Below are positions 28,666 through 38,693 of a stretch of DNA of 58,733 bases, piece after piece. Position 1 is the first letter of the stretch, and every line of letters starts with the position of its first letter. Made by a program: the position numbers and the translations under genes. The stretch covers positions 1 to 58,733 of the forward strand of contig JAZDIS010000427.1 of the NCBI GenBank assembly GCA_043804705.1, in the 5' to 3' direction. A model generated the notes under the pieces. The model made no database searches and was not told the origin of the DNA. It saw only the letters and a program-made list of their open reading frames with translations. Source of the DNA: Pseudomonadota bacterium. GTDB taxonomy: Bacteria; Desulfobacterota; Desulfobulbia; Desulfobulbales; Desulfurivibrionaceae.

Positions 28666-29994
28666 TCACTCCTTGACGCTGACAAACACCCCCTGATTGG
28701 CCGGATCCAATTCGTAATACCGTTTCAGCAGCATGATGCTGGGATTGGCAAGAACGGTGCCCTTGGTGAGCAGCAGAATCCCGGTGCCGCTGAACACATC
28801 CCGGCTCGCCTCCATCCCCGCCTGCAGGTCGCCGGGCATCAATTCGATCTCGATATGGTCTGTCCTGGGACGGATCTTTTTATAAAAAGGCTCGGCCTGC
28901 TCAAAAACCACGGGGATAAGCTTGGGGTCGAAGAGTGTTCCCTTCTGAAGTTCCACCTCCTTGCGCATGACCTCAAACCCCGTGGCCCACATGGCTTTGC
29001 GGATTTTCTTATCGATGTAATCGACCAGGGTGATGATCCGGGCGCCCAGAGGAATGGCCGCCTTCTTCAGTCCATCGGGAAACCCGCTGCCGTCATAATT
29101 TTCATGATGGCTGCGGATGATCAGCCCCACCTCCCGCAGCTCTTCAATCCTGTCAATGGCCGCTTGGCCGCGGACCGGATGCTGGAGATATTCCTCCCGC
29201 TCCGCAAAATTCATCTCCTCGGTCTCCCGCGCCAGCATAAGGTCGGGAATCCCTATTTTACCGATATCATGGAGCAGGGCCGCCACCATGACTGCTTCCC
29301 GCTGCTCGCCCTCCAGGCCGAGTTGTTTGGCGACATTCGCCGAGATTTCCGCGACATTGCGGGAATGGGTCCGCATCCGTTTGTCGCGTAATTCGATGAG
29401 CCCGGAAAAGGCAACGATGGTGTTCTTGAAATTGGCCCGCAACCTGGTGTTTATCGCCCGCAGGCCATCGTAACTCTTCTTGAGTTCAATGGTCTGTTCC
29501 TGGACCATGGTCTCCAGTTCCGTGTTCCACTTCTTCAACTCGACGTTCTGTTTCCTGACAATGGCCGCCAAGCGCTTGTTTTCAGTGAGCAGGCGATACA
29601 TCTGCAAGGCGCCCTTGACTGCCTGGAAGAGCTCCTCATCATTCCAAGGCTTGTTCAAATAGCGGAAGGTGCCGCCCCGGTTGATGGCGTCGATGGCGGC
29701 ATTGACATCGGCATAACCGGTGAGCAGAATCCTGATGGACTGGGGGGAAACAGCCTTGGATTTTTCAAGAAAATCAACGCCGGTCATCTCCGGCATCCTC
29801 TGGTCGGAGACAATGACACCAACCCCGGCTTCCCTGGCAAGGATTTCCAACCCCTGAGCCCCGGATGAGGCCGTGAATACCTCGACCTCTTCATCCATGA
29901 AAAGCCGCCGCAGGGAACGTAGAATATTTTCCTCGTCGTCCACAAAGAGGATCTTCCCCTTTTCCGGTGAGGAAGCGCGTGAAGTTTCGTTCAT
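28666..29994 (-). CDS. REC + HD-GYP cyclic-dinucleotide phosphodiesterase
   Basis: Receiver domain; HSRNVA, LLHDIGKIG, HHENYDGSGFPDGL, IPLGARII, FDP. Confidence 0.9.
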   Translation of the reverse strand: MNETSRASSPEKGKILFVDDEENILRSLRRLFMDEEVEVFTASSGAQGLEILAREAGVGVIVSDQRMPEMTGVDFLEKSKAVSPQSIRILLTGYADVNAAIDAINRGGTFRYLNKPWNDEELFQAVKGALQMYRLLTENKRLAAIVRKQNVELKKWNTELETMVQEQTIELKKSYDGLRAINTRLRANFKNTIVAFSGLIELRDKRMRTHSRNVAEISANVAKQLGLEGEQREAVMVAALLHDIGKIGIPDLMLARETEEMNFAEREEYLQHPVRGQAAIDRIEELREVGLIIRSHHENYDGSGFPDGLKKAAIPLGARIITLVDYIDKKIRKAMWATGFEVMRKEVELQKGTLFDPKLIPVVFEQAEPFYKKIRPRTDHIEIELMPGDLQAGMEASRDVFSGTGILLLTKGTVLANPSIMLLKRYYELDPANQGVFVSVKE

Positions 29995-30875
29995 TGTTTC
30001 CCCTCATTTCCCGAGACCGCAAAGGAGCCCGGGCCAGCGACACAGCCCAACTCCCCACAATGTGCACAATCAAACACCAGCACCGTTCCGGCCTGACCAT
30101 CCGGTTTATTCATCATGACCACCCGCACACAGAACTGCTGCCCGGCCAGATCCAGCATCCTGCTGACCCCCTTGCCCGGCTGCGCCTCCTCCAGCAAGGC
30201 AGCCCATTCCGGAGGCAGAACCTCCGCCGCCGTCGCGCCAAGGGAGACGGGCCGGAAATTCCGCAGCACCTCTTCGGCAAAGCGATTCCGTTGCACCAGC
30301 ACCCCATTCCGGTCAAAACCGGCCACGCCCATGGGCAGGATGTCCAGAATGACCTGACTGTGCCTGAGCACCTTGTTCTGGAACAAAAGCTCTTCCGTGC
30401 GCTCCGCCACTTTCTCTTCAAGCTGCAAGGCAATGCGGACAAGTTCATTGTTTGCTTGCAGCAACTCTTCGTTGAGCTTGTTATTCGCCTTGACCAGAAA
30501 ATACAGCTCCACCGCCTTGACGATGGTCACCTTGAGTTCATCGTCGTTCCAGGGCTTGGGGATGAATTTGTAGACCTGGCCTTCGTTGATCGCCGATACC
30601 ACAGCCGCGGTATCGGCATAGCCTGAAAGCACGATGCGGACCGTGTCCGGCCAGCGTTCATGCACCTGCTTGAAAAAAGCAACCCCGTCCATCTCCGGCA
30701 TCCGGTAGTCGGAGATCACCACTTGCACCGGCTGCCTCTGCTCCAGAAGGGCGAGCCCCTCCTTTCCCGATTCCGCGGTGAGGATTTCATAGTCCTCATC
30801 AAGGAAAAGACGTTTCAAGGATTTCAAGACATTCGCCTCGTCATCCACGCAGAGAATTGTCACATCCGTTACCAT
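29991..30875 (-). CDS. Response regulator (REC-coiled coil-PAS-like)
   Basis: CVDDE/SDYRMP/LSGY/KPW; VAERT.EL; ILDILPMGV..FD..G PAS-like tail. Confidence 0.88.
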   Translation of the reverse strand: MVTDVTILCVDDEANVLKSLKRLFLDEDYEILTAESGKEGLALLEQRQPVQVVISDYRMPEMDGVAFFKQVHERWPDTVRIVLSGYADTAAVVSAINEGQVYKFIPKPWNDDELKVTIVKAVELYFLVKANNKLNEELLQANNELVRIALQLEEKVAERTEELLFQNKVLRHSQVILDILPMGVAGFDRNGVLVQRNRFAEEVLRNFRPVSLGATAAEVLPPEWAALLEEAQPGKGVSRMLDLAGQQFCVRVVMMNKPDGQAGTVLVFDCAHCGELGCVAGPGSFAVSGNEGKQ

Positions 30876-30885
30876 GCCGCCGCCC

Positions 30886-32853
30886 TCACTCCCTCTTCAC
30901 CGGCAAGGTTACGACAAAGGTCGTCCCCTTGCCCAACTCGCTGGCCACCTCAACCTTGCCGCCATGCTTCTTGGTCACGATATCGTAGGTTATGCTCAGG
31001 CCCAGCCCGGTTCCCTTGCCCACCTCCTTGGTGGTGAAAAACGGCTCAAAAACCCTGCGCAGGTTTTCAGGGGGAATGCCGGAGCCTGAGTCGGTAATGG
31101 CTATGGTTATCTCTGTTGCGCTCGCCCTGGTGGTGATCACAATCGCGCCCTGACTCTCGATGGCCTGCGCCGCATTGACCAGAAGATTCATGAACACCTG
31201 GTTGAGCTGCTGCGGATAGCATCGGGTCGGGGGAAGATCCCCATACTCTTTTTTTACGGTACACTTGTATTTGAGTTCATTCCAGATGATATTCAGGGTG
31301 TCGTCCAGACACTGGTTGATATCGGCCAAGCTGTAGTCGGACTGGTCAATCCGGGAAAAACTTTTCAGGTTCTGGACGATCTTCCGGACCCGTTCCACGC
31401 CATCCAGGGATTCGGCAATCAGGGCCGGCAGGTCTTCGAGAATCGGTTCGATCTTGAGCTGCCCGCGGATATCGGCCAGGCGCAGAGCCCGGTCATCGTC
31501 CGCTGCCGGGGGAAAAAGCTCCGCCTGCCGGTGCAAAAATTCCCCCACCCGCCCCAGATACTTCTGCAGGGTGCCCAGGTTGCTGGTGACAAAACCGATG
31601 GGGTTGTTGATCTCGTGGGCTACGCCTGCTGCCAACTGGCCGATGGAGGCCATTTTTTCCTGCTGGACAAATTGGGACTGGGTTGCCTTCAGTTCATCGT
31701 AAGCGTTTTGCAATTCGCTGTTCTTTTTTTCTATGATCTGCATCATATGCCCGAACTGGATGCCGATCCGCACCACCGGGTCATCGGCGGCCTCCCGATA
31801 AAATTCACAGGCCAGGCAACTGCTGAGCTTTTGGGCGAACCGGCCCTGCACCTTGCCTTTGCAGTGGGTTCCGGCAATCGTCCAGCATTGCAAGGGCTCC
31901 CGCCCGAAACAGAGGCATTTTTCCTGGCCGCATTGCATCCTCTTCCAGCACGGTTCCTGATCAGGCGGCAGGGTGAAAAAAAAATTTCCCGTTCCCGTAT
32001 TTCCTTCAGTGATCCGCTGGATCATGGAAGAAATCTCTCCCAGAGCGCCTTCGAGCTTTTTTCTGTTCCGCTCGATCTGCCGCTGAATCCGCTTGCGCTC
32101 GGAGATATCGTGGAGCGTAATCACCCGCCGTAAGTCGCCATTCCGGGCCTCGGGGGTGTAGCTGGCCTGCAAAAAAAACCTGTTGCTGGGTTTATGAAAC
32201 CACTCGCACGGGGATACGTCCGCCTGCATGCTCCCCGGTCGCTCCAGGCGCATCCCGGCCTCGTCAAAAATGGCTTCCCAGGCGCGGCCAAGGATTTCCG
32301 CATACGGCTTTTCCAGGAAATCGCCTACCGCCTTGTTGCAGCGCTTCACCTCCCCGGCTGCATCGACCAGAAGAACCAGATCGGAAATCCCATCCATGGT
32401 CATGGCCCATTCGTCCTTGGCTCGTTTGACCTGGGCAAAAAGCAGCTTCAGGGCCTCATTCGCCTGCGGCGCCACCGGCCCGGCCGGGTCAGTTTGGGCA
32501 AGATTTCTCGCTTGCAGCAGAAAGGCCGCCCCCACTCCCTCTCCGTCGGCAAGCGGAGAAACGGCAAGCGCATATGCCCCGGCATAGGGCTTGTCGCCAA
32601 AAAGGCCTTCCTGGGTCCACCGAACCGGTTTGTTTCCGGCGATTGCCTCGGCAATCAGGCAATCCGCCGGACAGGCCCCTGCTGCCTCCCGGCCGCAAAA
32701 CAGTGCGCAGCCGAGAACCCCTCCGGCAGGGACGACAAGGCCGGTGAGTTCCCTGGCGGCCCTGTTCATGAACAGGATATGCCCGGACTGCCTAACAACG
32801 AAAAGCGGATCGCTGATATTTTCAAACAATATCAAGTTGTTGACTTCAAACAT
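30886..32853 (-). CDS. Cytoplasmic PAS-PAS-(Cys/Trp-rich insert)-histidine kinase
   Basis: Two PAS-like segments; CW...C...C.C...CW...GT.C...C..C insert; AHEINNP; N/G boxes; GAGG RBS at the 32853 start. Confidence 0.9.
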   Translation of the reverse strand: MFEVNNLILFENISDPLFVVRQSGHILFMNRAARELTGLVVPAGGVLGCALFCGREAAGACPADCLIAEAIAGNKPVRWTQEGLFGDKPYAGAYALAVSPLADGEGVGAAFLLQARNLAQTDPAGPVAPQANEALKLLFAQVKRAKDEWAMTMDGISDLVLLVDAAGEVKRCNKAVGDFLEKPYAEILGRAWEAIFDEAGMRLERPGSMQADVSPCEWFHKPSNRFFLQASYTPEARNGDLRRVITLHDISERKRIQRQIERNRKKLEGALGEISSMIQRITEGNTGTGNFFFTLPPDQEPCWKRMQCGQEKCLCFGREPLQCWTIAGTHCKGKVQGRFAQKLSSCLACEFYREAADDPVVRIGIQFGHMMQIIEKKNSELQNAYDELKATQSQFVQQEKMASIGQLAAGVAHEINNPIGFVTSNLGTLQKYLGRVGEFLHRQAELFPPAADDDRALRLADIRGQLKIEPILEDLPALIAESLDGVERVRKIVQNLKSFSRIDQSDYSLADINQCLDDTLNIIWNELKYKCTVKKEYGDLPPTRCYPQQLNQVFMNLLVNAAQAIESQGAIVITTRASATEITIAITDSGSGIPPENLRRVFEPFFTTKEVGKGTGLGLSITYDIVTKKHGGKVEVASELGKGTTFVVTLPVKRE

Positions 32854-32950
32854 ACAGCCTCGCTCCGCATATTCAAAATGGCAATCGTGTCCGAATCGCA
32901 CTCTATGACACAAGCAACGGCAGAGCCCACCATTCCTCGGCCGCTGCCGC

Positions 32951-35098
32951 TCACAATTCCGGTGCCGACTCCCTCCGCGGCTTGATAACGCCTTCATAAT
33001 ACAGAAAAGCATCGCGGAGTTGGGCGCGCAATTGCTCTACGTCCCAGGGTTTACCGAAAAATTTATAGATGGCGCCCTCGTTGACCGCCTGGACAACGGT
33101 TTCCAGCTCTGCATATCCAGAAAGAATCATCCGCACGGTATCGGGATAAAGCACCTTGACCCGGCTGAGGAACTCGGTGCCGCTCATGCCCGGCATCCGC
33201 TGGTCGGAAAGAATCACCTGCACCGAATTTTTGGCCAAAAGTTCAAGTCCCTCGTGGGCACTGGCCGCGGCGAGAACACCATACCCTTCATCAGCCAACA
33301 TTCGCTGCAGGGCTTTAAGAACAAAAAGGTCATCATCAACGACGAGAAGGGTCCGCGATTGCGGGAGGACTTCCGGCACAGGAAATTTCTTACCCTGAGA
33401 CAACAACTCGGCAAATTCCTCGGCGGGGAGGGGTTTGCTGAATAAATATCCCTGTATTTGGTCACAGCCATTTTGCCACAGATAACCAGCCTGGGCCTCG
33501 TCTTCGACGCCTTCGGCTACCACCACGAGCCGCATACGATGGGCCAGCGCGATAACCGAGGTGGCGATGGTTGCCGCGCCGGGGTCGGTAACGATATCGT
33601 TTACAAAGGAGCGGTCGATCTTCATCTGGTCGATGGGAAAACGGTTCAAATAGGCAAGACTGGAATACCCGGTGCCAAAGTCATCCAGGGAAAGGCTGAC
33701 CCCGATGCGCTTCAGGGCGAGCATGCGCGCCACCGCTTCTTCCGGCTCTTCCATAAGCATACTTTCGGTCACTTCCAACATCAGGTGGTGAGGCTCCACA
33801 GCATAACGCGCCAAAGCCTTGACGATCACCTCCTCCAGTTCGCCGCCCCGGAACTGGAGGGCTGAAACATTGACGGCCACATTAACCCCCGCCAGTCCTG
33901 CCTCCCGCCAAGCGCGCATCTGCCGGCAAGCCTCCTGAATTACCCAGGCGCCGATGCCCGCGATCAGGCCGTTTTTCTCGGCGGCGGGGATGAACTCCAG
34001 CGGCGGCACTATGCCGCAATCAGGCCGTTGCCAGCGGAGCAGGGCCTCGGCCCCCGCGATACGGCCGCTACGCAGATCGATCTTGGGCTGGTAATAGAGG
34101 ACAAACTCCTCCTCCTCCAGGGCTCGGCGCAGGGCCTCCTCCATTAGCAGGGTGGTGCGGGCCTGAGCATTAAACGCGCTGCTGTAGTAACAGAACTGCC
34201 TGCCCCCCAGCTCCTTGGCCCGGTGCACAGCCGCATCCGCCCCGATCAGCAGGGTCTGCGCCGTGCCACCGTCTTGGGGATAGACACTGATGCCGACGCT
34301 GGCCCGCACATAGGCTTTGCAGCCGTCCGGCAGGATGAACGGCTCCTCCAATGATGTCTGTATACTGCGCGCCATGATCTCCGATTCCTGATACTCATGA
34401 AGCGCCTCCAGCACCAGAACGAACTGATCCCCGGCCAGACGCGACAGGGTGTCCTCCTCCCGCAGTCTGGCTCGCAGCCTGTGGGTGACCGCGACCAGCA
34501 GGGCATCGCCCGCGGCATGCCCATGGCTGTCGTTGATGATCTTGAACTGGTCCAGACCGATAACCAACACCGCAGCCCGACGGCCATCACGGCTGGCCCG
34601 CTCCAGGGTGTGTTGCAGCCGCGCCTCCAGAAGCAGACGGTTGGGAAGGCCGGTGAGGGGATCATAATGGACCAGGCGCTGGAGCCGCTCTTCGTTCAGC
34701 CTGAGTTGGCTGAGATCGGTGCCCACGCCGACGTAATAGGCAGGGTCGCCCTGTTCATTGCAGACGGCGTTGAGGGTGAGCAACTGGGGATACACCTCAC
34801 CGTCCTTGCGCCGGTTCCAGATCTCGCCCTGCCAATACCCCGTTTCCAGCAGACTCGCCCAGATGGCGTGGTAAAACGCGCGATCATGGCGGCCGGATCT
34901 CAAAATGCGCGGGTTTTCACCAAGAACCTCGGCTTCGCCATCTCCGGTAATCTCCGTAAAGGCCGGATTGACGGCAAGGATCTTTGAAGCAAGATCGGTG
35001 ATGATCACCACATCCCGGGTGCTGGCCAGGATCACGGCATCAATCCGCAACGCCTCCGCAGCCGACCATGACGCGCTGCAAAAGTCCCTCATCTTCAC
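32951..35098 (-). CDS. PAS-GGDEF(degenerate)-EAL-REC protein (likely c-di-GMP phosphodiesterase)
   Basis: PAS (WQGEIWNRRKDGE), YDPLTGLPNR, AGDQF, EALLRW, EVTES, DDFGTGYSSL, EGVE, C-terminal receiver; start position uncertain. Confidence 0.9.
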   Translation of the reverse strand: MKMRDFCSASWSAAEALRIDAVILASTRDVVIITDLASKILAVNPAFTEITGDGEAEVLGENPRILRSGRHDRAFYHAIWASLLETGYWQGEIWNRRKDGEVYPQLLTLNAVCNEQGDPAYYVGVGTDLSQLRLNEERLQRLVHYDPLTGLPNRLLLEARLQHTLERASRDGRRAAVLVIGLDQFKIINDSHGHAAGDALLVAVTHRLRARLREEDTLSRLAGDQFVLVLEALHEYQESEIMARSIQTSLEEPFILPDGCKAYVRASVGISVYPQDGGTAQTLLIGADAAVHRAKELGGRQFCYYSSAFNAQARTTLLMEEALRRALEEEEFVLYYQPKIDLRSGRIAGAEALLRWQRPDCGIVPPLEFIPAAEKNGLIAGIGAWVIQEACRQMRAWREAGLAGVNVAVNVSALQFRGGELEEVIVKALARYAVEPHHLMLEVTESMLMEEPEEAVARMLALKRIGVSLSLDDFGTGYSSLAYLNRFPIDQMKIDRSFVNDIVTDPGAATIATSVIALAHRMRLVVVAEGVEDEAQAGYLWQNGCDQIQGYLFSKPLPAEEFAELLSQGKKFPVPEVLPQSRTLLVVDDDLFVLKALQRMLADEGYGVLAAASAHEGLELLAKNSVQVILSDQRMPGMSGTEFLSRVKVLYPDTVRMILSGYAELETVVQAVNEGAIYKFFGKPWDVEQLRAQLRDAFLYYEGVIKPRRESAPEL

Positions 35099-35338
35099 GG
35101 TCTCCCAATATTCCAGTCCCCAAAAAATTCAAGGGGGATGAACCGCTCTGCGGCCCGCACATGACGGGCCGTCATCCTGATGCATGGTATCATAATCAGC
35201 CTGGCTGAAGAGAGAAAAAAGGACTGGTGGCAAAGTTACCCGGCACAAATAAAAACTGCAATTAGACACCGCCCTGCTCCTATGCTAATATGGTGCCCAG
35301 ATTCGATTCTTTACAGAACGATGCGGGACTGCCAACAG

Positions 35339-37636
35339 ATGAAATTCCGGCTTATCTTTCTTGCCCTTGGGCTCCTTGCCCTCTCCGCCGCCATAACCGG
35401 CGGAGCCGTGTATTTCCAGACAGTTCACACACTGGTCCATGACCAGGCCAAGAACACGGCCCAGGATGGCATCGAACACCTCGACAAGGGCATTTCCTCC
35501 ATCCTGAAGACCGAGCAAAAGGCGGTGGCGGTTCTGGCCGACATGTGGTCGGTCCAAAACTTTTTCAACAGGCAAAGCCCGGAAAACCTGGCCGAAGTAA
35601 TGTTCGCGCTGGACGATTTCCGTGAAGCTTACAACGCCACACGCTGTTGCCTCACCAACAAAGACGGGCTTGTCATCGCGGCCAGCTCCGGCAAAAAATC
35701 CCCGGTTCGGATCGGCGATGATTATTCCAAGCGGCCATTTTTCCAGAAAGCGCGAGCAAAAGAAGCCTTCACCTCCCTGACTCAAGGGATGACAAGCAAT
35801 GAACCGGCCATCAATTTGAGCCATCCTGTTTTCTCCAAGGATACGGTGATGGGCGTCGCTCTCCTTACCGTGCCCCTCTCCGGTATCGGGGAAATCTTTG
35901 CTCGTTCCACAGGAATCGTTGCCCTGACCGACGAACACAACCTCGTTTTTGCCACCAACAAGCAGGAGTGGCTTTTCAAGTTGTTGGGGGCGGCCACCAC
36001 GACGGCGGCGGGGGCGCTCGCTGATGTTGCCGAGGACAGACCCCTCATGGGCGAAATACCCGGTCAACTCCCGATAACCTTTAATGCCGCCAAGGGCACA
36101 GCCCATTTCCCAGACGGCAGGGAATATATTTTTTCCCGTTCCCCCCTCTCCAGCTCACCGGGCTGGCAGATCAGCTATTTCCAGGAACACGGCCAGATAG
36201 ACACCCGCCTTTACCAGGCGCTGTTCGGCAAGGCGGGAATACTTCTTGCCGGGATGATTATTTCTGTGCTCGGGGCAATGAGTTACCTGTATCGGCAGAC
36301 AGAGGTGTTCCTGCGTCAGCGGGAACAGGCGGAAAAGAGGTACAAATCCGCCAATCTCTTTCTCTCCCAAATCTGGAATGTAGCAGCCGACGGCACGCGG
36401 GTTGTTGACAATAATTTCAATATCGTACAGGTCAACGAAACCTTTGTCACCATGACGGGAATGGCGAAAAAGGATATCCTGGGCAAAAAATGCCAGGATG
36501 TGTTCTGGGGTCCTATCTGCAACACCGAAAGCTGCCCCATGCGGCAGATACTGGCCGGCAGAAAACGGGTCGAATATGAATCCGTCAAGGAAAGCCCGGC
36601 CGGAAAGATCATAAACTGCTGGGTTATCGGAGTCCCTCTCCACGACACCAACGGCAAACTCGTCGGCATCCTGGAAAGCTATCGGGATATCACCGAAAAG
36701 GTGGAAGCCGAACATGCCATGGAAAAGGCCTTTGAAAAGGCGCATACGTTTGCCGGAGAACTGGCCGCCGGCAACGACCAGCTGCACCGCCAGCAGCAGG
36801 AACTTGCCCTGGCCCACGCCGCCCTCAAACAGAACCAGGCCCAGATCCTGCAACAGGAAAAGATGGCCTCCATCGGCCAGTTGGCCGCAGGCGTAGCCCA
36901 CGAAATCAACAACCCCATGGGGTTTATTTCAAGCAATCTGAGTTCCCTGGCAAAATATCTGGAGCGGCTCAACGAATTCATCCGAACCCTTGAGGCGAAG
37001 CGCCCGCAGGATGCTCCGGACGAGGAACTTGCCGCCCTGCGCAAAAAACTCAAAATCGACTACATTATGGAAGATGCCGTGCATCTGGTGGAAGAATCCC
37101 TGGACGGCGCTGGCCGGGTCAAGAAAATCGTCCAGGGCCTCAAAAATTTCTCCCGGATCGACCAGGCCGAGCGATTGGCCGCCGATATCAACGAATGCCT
37201 GGACACCACCCTCAACATTATCTGGAACGAGCTGAAATACAAATGCACGGTGCAGAAGGAATACGGGGAGCTGCCACCCACCGTCTGCAATCCGCAGCAG
37301 CTCAACCAGATGTTCATGAATCTGCTGGTCAACGCGGCCCAGGCCATTAAAACCAAGGGAGAAATCGGAATCAAGACCTGGGCCGACCAGGATTTCATCT
37401 ACACCAGCATCAGCGATACCGGCAGCGGGATTCCCCAGGACAAGATCAAGCGAATCTTCGAGCCGTTCTACACCAGCAAAGAGGTGGGCAAGGGCACGGG
37501 CTTGGGATTGAGCATTGTCTACGACATCGTGGTCAAAAACCACCACGGCGACATCCAGGTGGAAAGCGTTGAGGGCAAGGGCACGACCTTCACGGTCAAG
37601 ATCCCGCTGATCGCCGCGCCGCCTCCGGGGCAATAA
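35339..37636 (+). CDS. Membrane sensor histidine kinase (TM-Cache-like-TM-PAS-HisKA-HATPase)
   Basis: N-terminal TM, DYSKRPFFQ Cache-type motif, second TM, PAS with KKC...C....CP, AHEINNP. Confidence 0.9.
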   Translation: MKFRLIFLALGLLALSAAITGGAVYFQTVHTLVHDQAKNTAQDGIEHLDKGISSILKTEQKAVAVLADMWSVQNFFNRQSPENLAEVMFALDDFREAYNATRCCLTNKDGLVIAASSGKKSPVRIGDDYSKRPFFQKARAKEAFTSLTQGMTSNEPAINLSHPVFSKDTVMGVALLTVPLSGIGEIFARSTGIVALTDEHNLVFATNKQEWLFKLLGAATTTAAGALADVAEDRPLMGEIPGQLPITFNAAKGTAHFPDGREYIFSRSPLSSSPGWQISYFQEHGQIDTRLYQALFGKAGILLAGMIISVLGAMSYLYRQTEVFLRQREQAEKRYKSANLFLSQIWNVAADGTRVVDNNFNIVQVNETFVTMTGMAKKDILGKKCQDVFWGPICNTESCPMRQILAGRKRVEYESVKESPAGKIINCWVIGVPLHDTNGKLVGILESYRDITEKVEAEHAMEKAFEKAHTFAGELAAGNDQLHRQQQELALAHAALKQNQAQILQQEKMASIGQLAAGVAHEINNPMGFISSNLSSLAKYLERLNEFIRTLEAKRPQDAPDEELAALRKKLKIDYIMEDAVHLVEESLDGAGRVKKIVQGLKNFSRIDQAERLAADINECLDTTLNIIWNELKYKCTVQKEYGELPPTVCNPQQLNQMFMNLLVNAAQAIKTKGEIGIKTWADQDFIYTSISDTGSGIPQDKIKRIFEPFYTSKEVGKGTGLGLSIVYDIVVKNHHGDIQVESVEGKGTTFTVKIPLIAAPPPGQ

Positions 37637-37698
37637 CCTGCTGCAAAAAATCCTAATTGTGCACCAGAGCCGCCAAAATTTTCGGCAGCCCCGAAAGT

Positions 37699-37832
37699 GT
37701 AATCGTTCAGAAGCGCCGCAGATGCGCGAAAGAGGGCGGCGAGCTATAGCCAGCCTATGTGAGCTGCCCGATGACAGCTAAGCGAGCAATAGCGAAGACT
37801 GCGAAGCAGATGCGGTGCTGCTGAACGATTAC
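37699..37832. repeat. Palindromic repeat family A (MITE/REPIN-like), copy 1
   Basis: GTAATCGTTCAG...CTGAACGATTAC perfect 12-bp terminal inverted repeat. Confidence 0.85.
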
Positions 37833-38593
37833 AGCCCCATCAGCTCCACCTCGCCCCAAGCGCCCAGCTCCTCGCCCCGGATGATAACCACCCCGAGAAT
37901 CCCCGCTACGGCGGGGGCCTTGGCCAGGGCGAGCTCCAGACTCTGCCCCGGCTGAACCGCATTGCCGACCAGGGTGGCCACCGCATCGGCCAGGGCGGTA
38001 TCCTTGGCCAGGACGGTGACGGCGTCGGCCTCTCCCAGACTCAGGGAATGGCCCACCGTGCCGGAGGAAGTGCAGATGCCAAGGGGCATGCGGCTTGCCT
38101 GAATTTTCAGCCCCACCCGGTTGCTAAGCGGCGAGGTCCCGGCAAAGATGCCGACCACGCTCTCCTGGTTGCGGCAAAAATAGATATCGCCGCCGTTTTC
38201 CACCACCACCTCCCCTGCCCCGGCAGCGAGAAGATCCAGCCCGACATACTCGGCCATGGCCCCGGCCACCGCAGCCATGGGTCCGACCTCCGCCGCCTGG
38301 CCGGCAGCAAGCATGGCCTTGACAATGGGCGGGGCCGTGGGATCGCTGGGCAAGGGGGTAAGGGCCGTCATAAATTCGGGATACCGGGCAATGTAGGCTT
38401 CCAACTGACTGCGGTACTGGAACACGGCAGCACTGGCCTCGTGGCGCAGATCTTTTCCGGCAAGGATATGCAGATCGGTTTCCCTGATCCGCACCTCAAA
38501 GCTGACCAGATCGCCAGGGGCAACACGGCTCCGGTAGGTTCTCTTCCGGTAGGAACAGGGGTCCGGGCGTTTCTTTTTTCTTTTGACGGTCAC
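37829..38593 (-). CDS. UPF0280 family (ApbE-like) protein
   Basis: ETDL, VGPMAAVAGA, VENGGDI, GICTSSG.VGHSLSLG.ADAV, LADA.AT; GTG start inferred. Confidence 0.88.
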   Translation of the reverse strand: MTVKRKKKRPDPCSYRKRTYRSRVAPGDLVSFEVRIRETDLHILAGKDLRHEASAAVFQYRSQLEAYIARYPEFMTALTPLPSDPTAPPIVKAMLAAGQAAEVGPMAAVAGAMAEYVGLDLLAAGAGEVVVENGGDIYFCRNQESVVGIFAGTSPLSNRVGLKIQASRMPLGICTSSGTVGHSLSLGEADAVTVLAKDTALADAVATLVGNAVQPGQSLELALAKAPAVAGILGVVIIRGEELGAWGEVELMGL

Positions 38594-38693
38594 GGGATGG
38601 CTGGTATGGTGATGGGTTGTTGGAATATGCTCTTGGCAGCAACTATAGCGGAGAACGAAATGGGCGGCAAGGATGTTCCGATCAAGCCCGCAA

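Noticed and set aside
32854-33012. Cys/His-rich N-terminal extension of the 708-aa kinase ORF
   Set aside because: It overlaps the upstream gene end; the RBS-supported start is at 32853, so the extension is probably untranslated.
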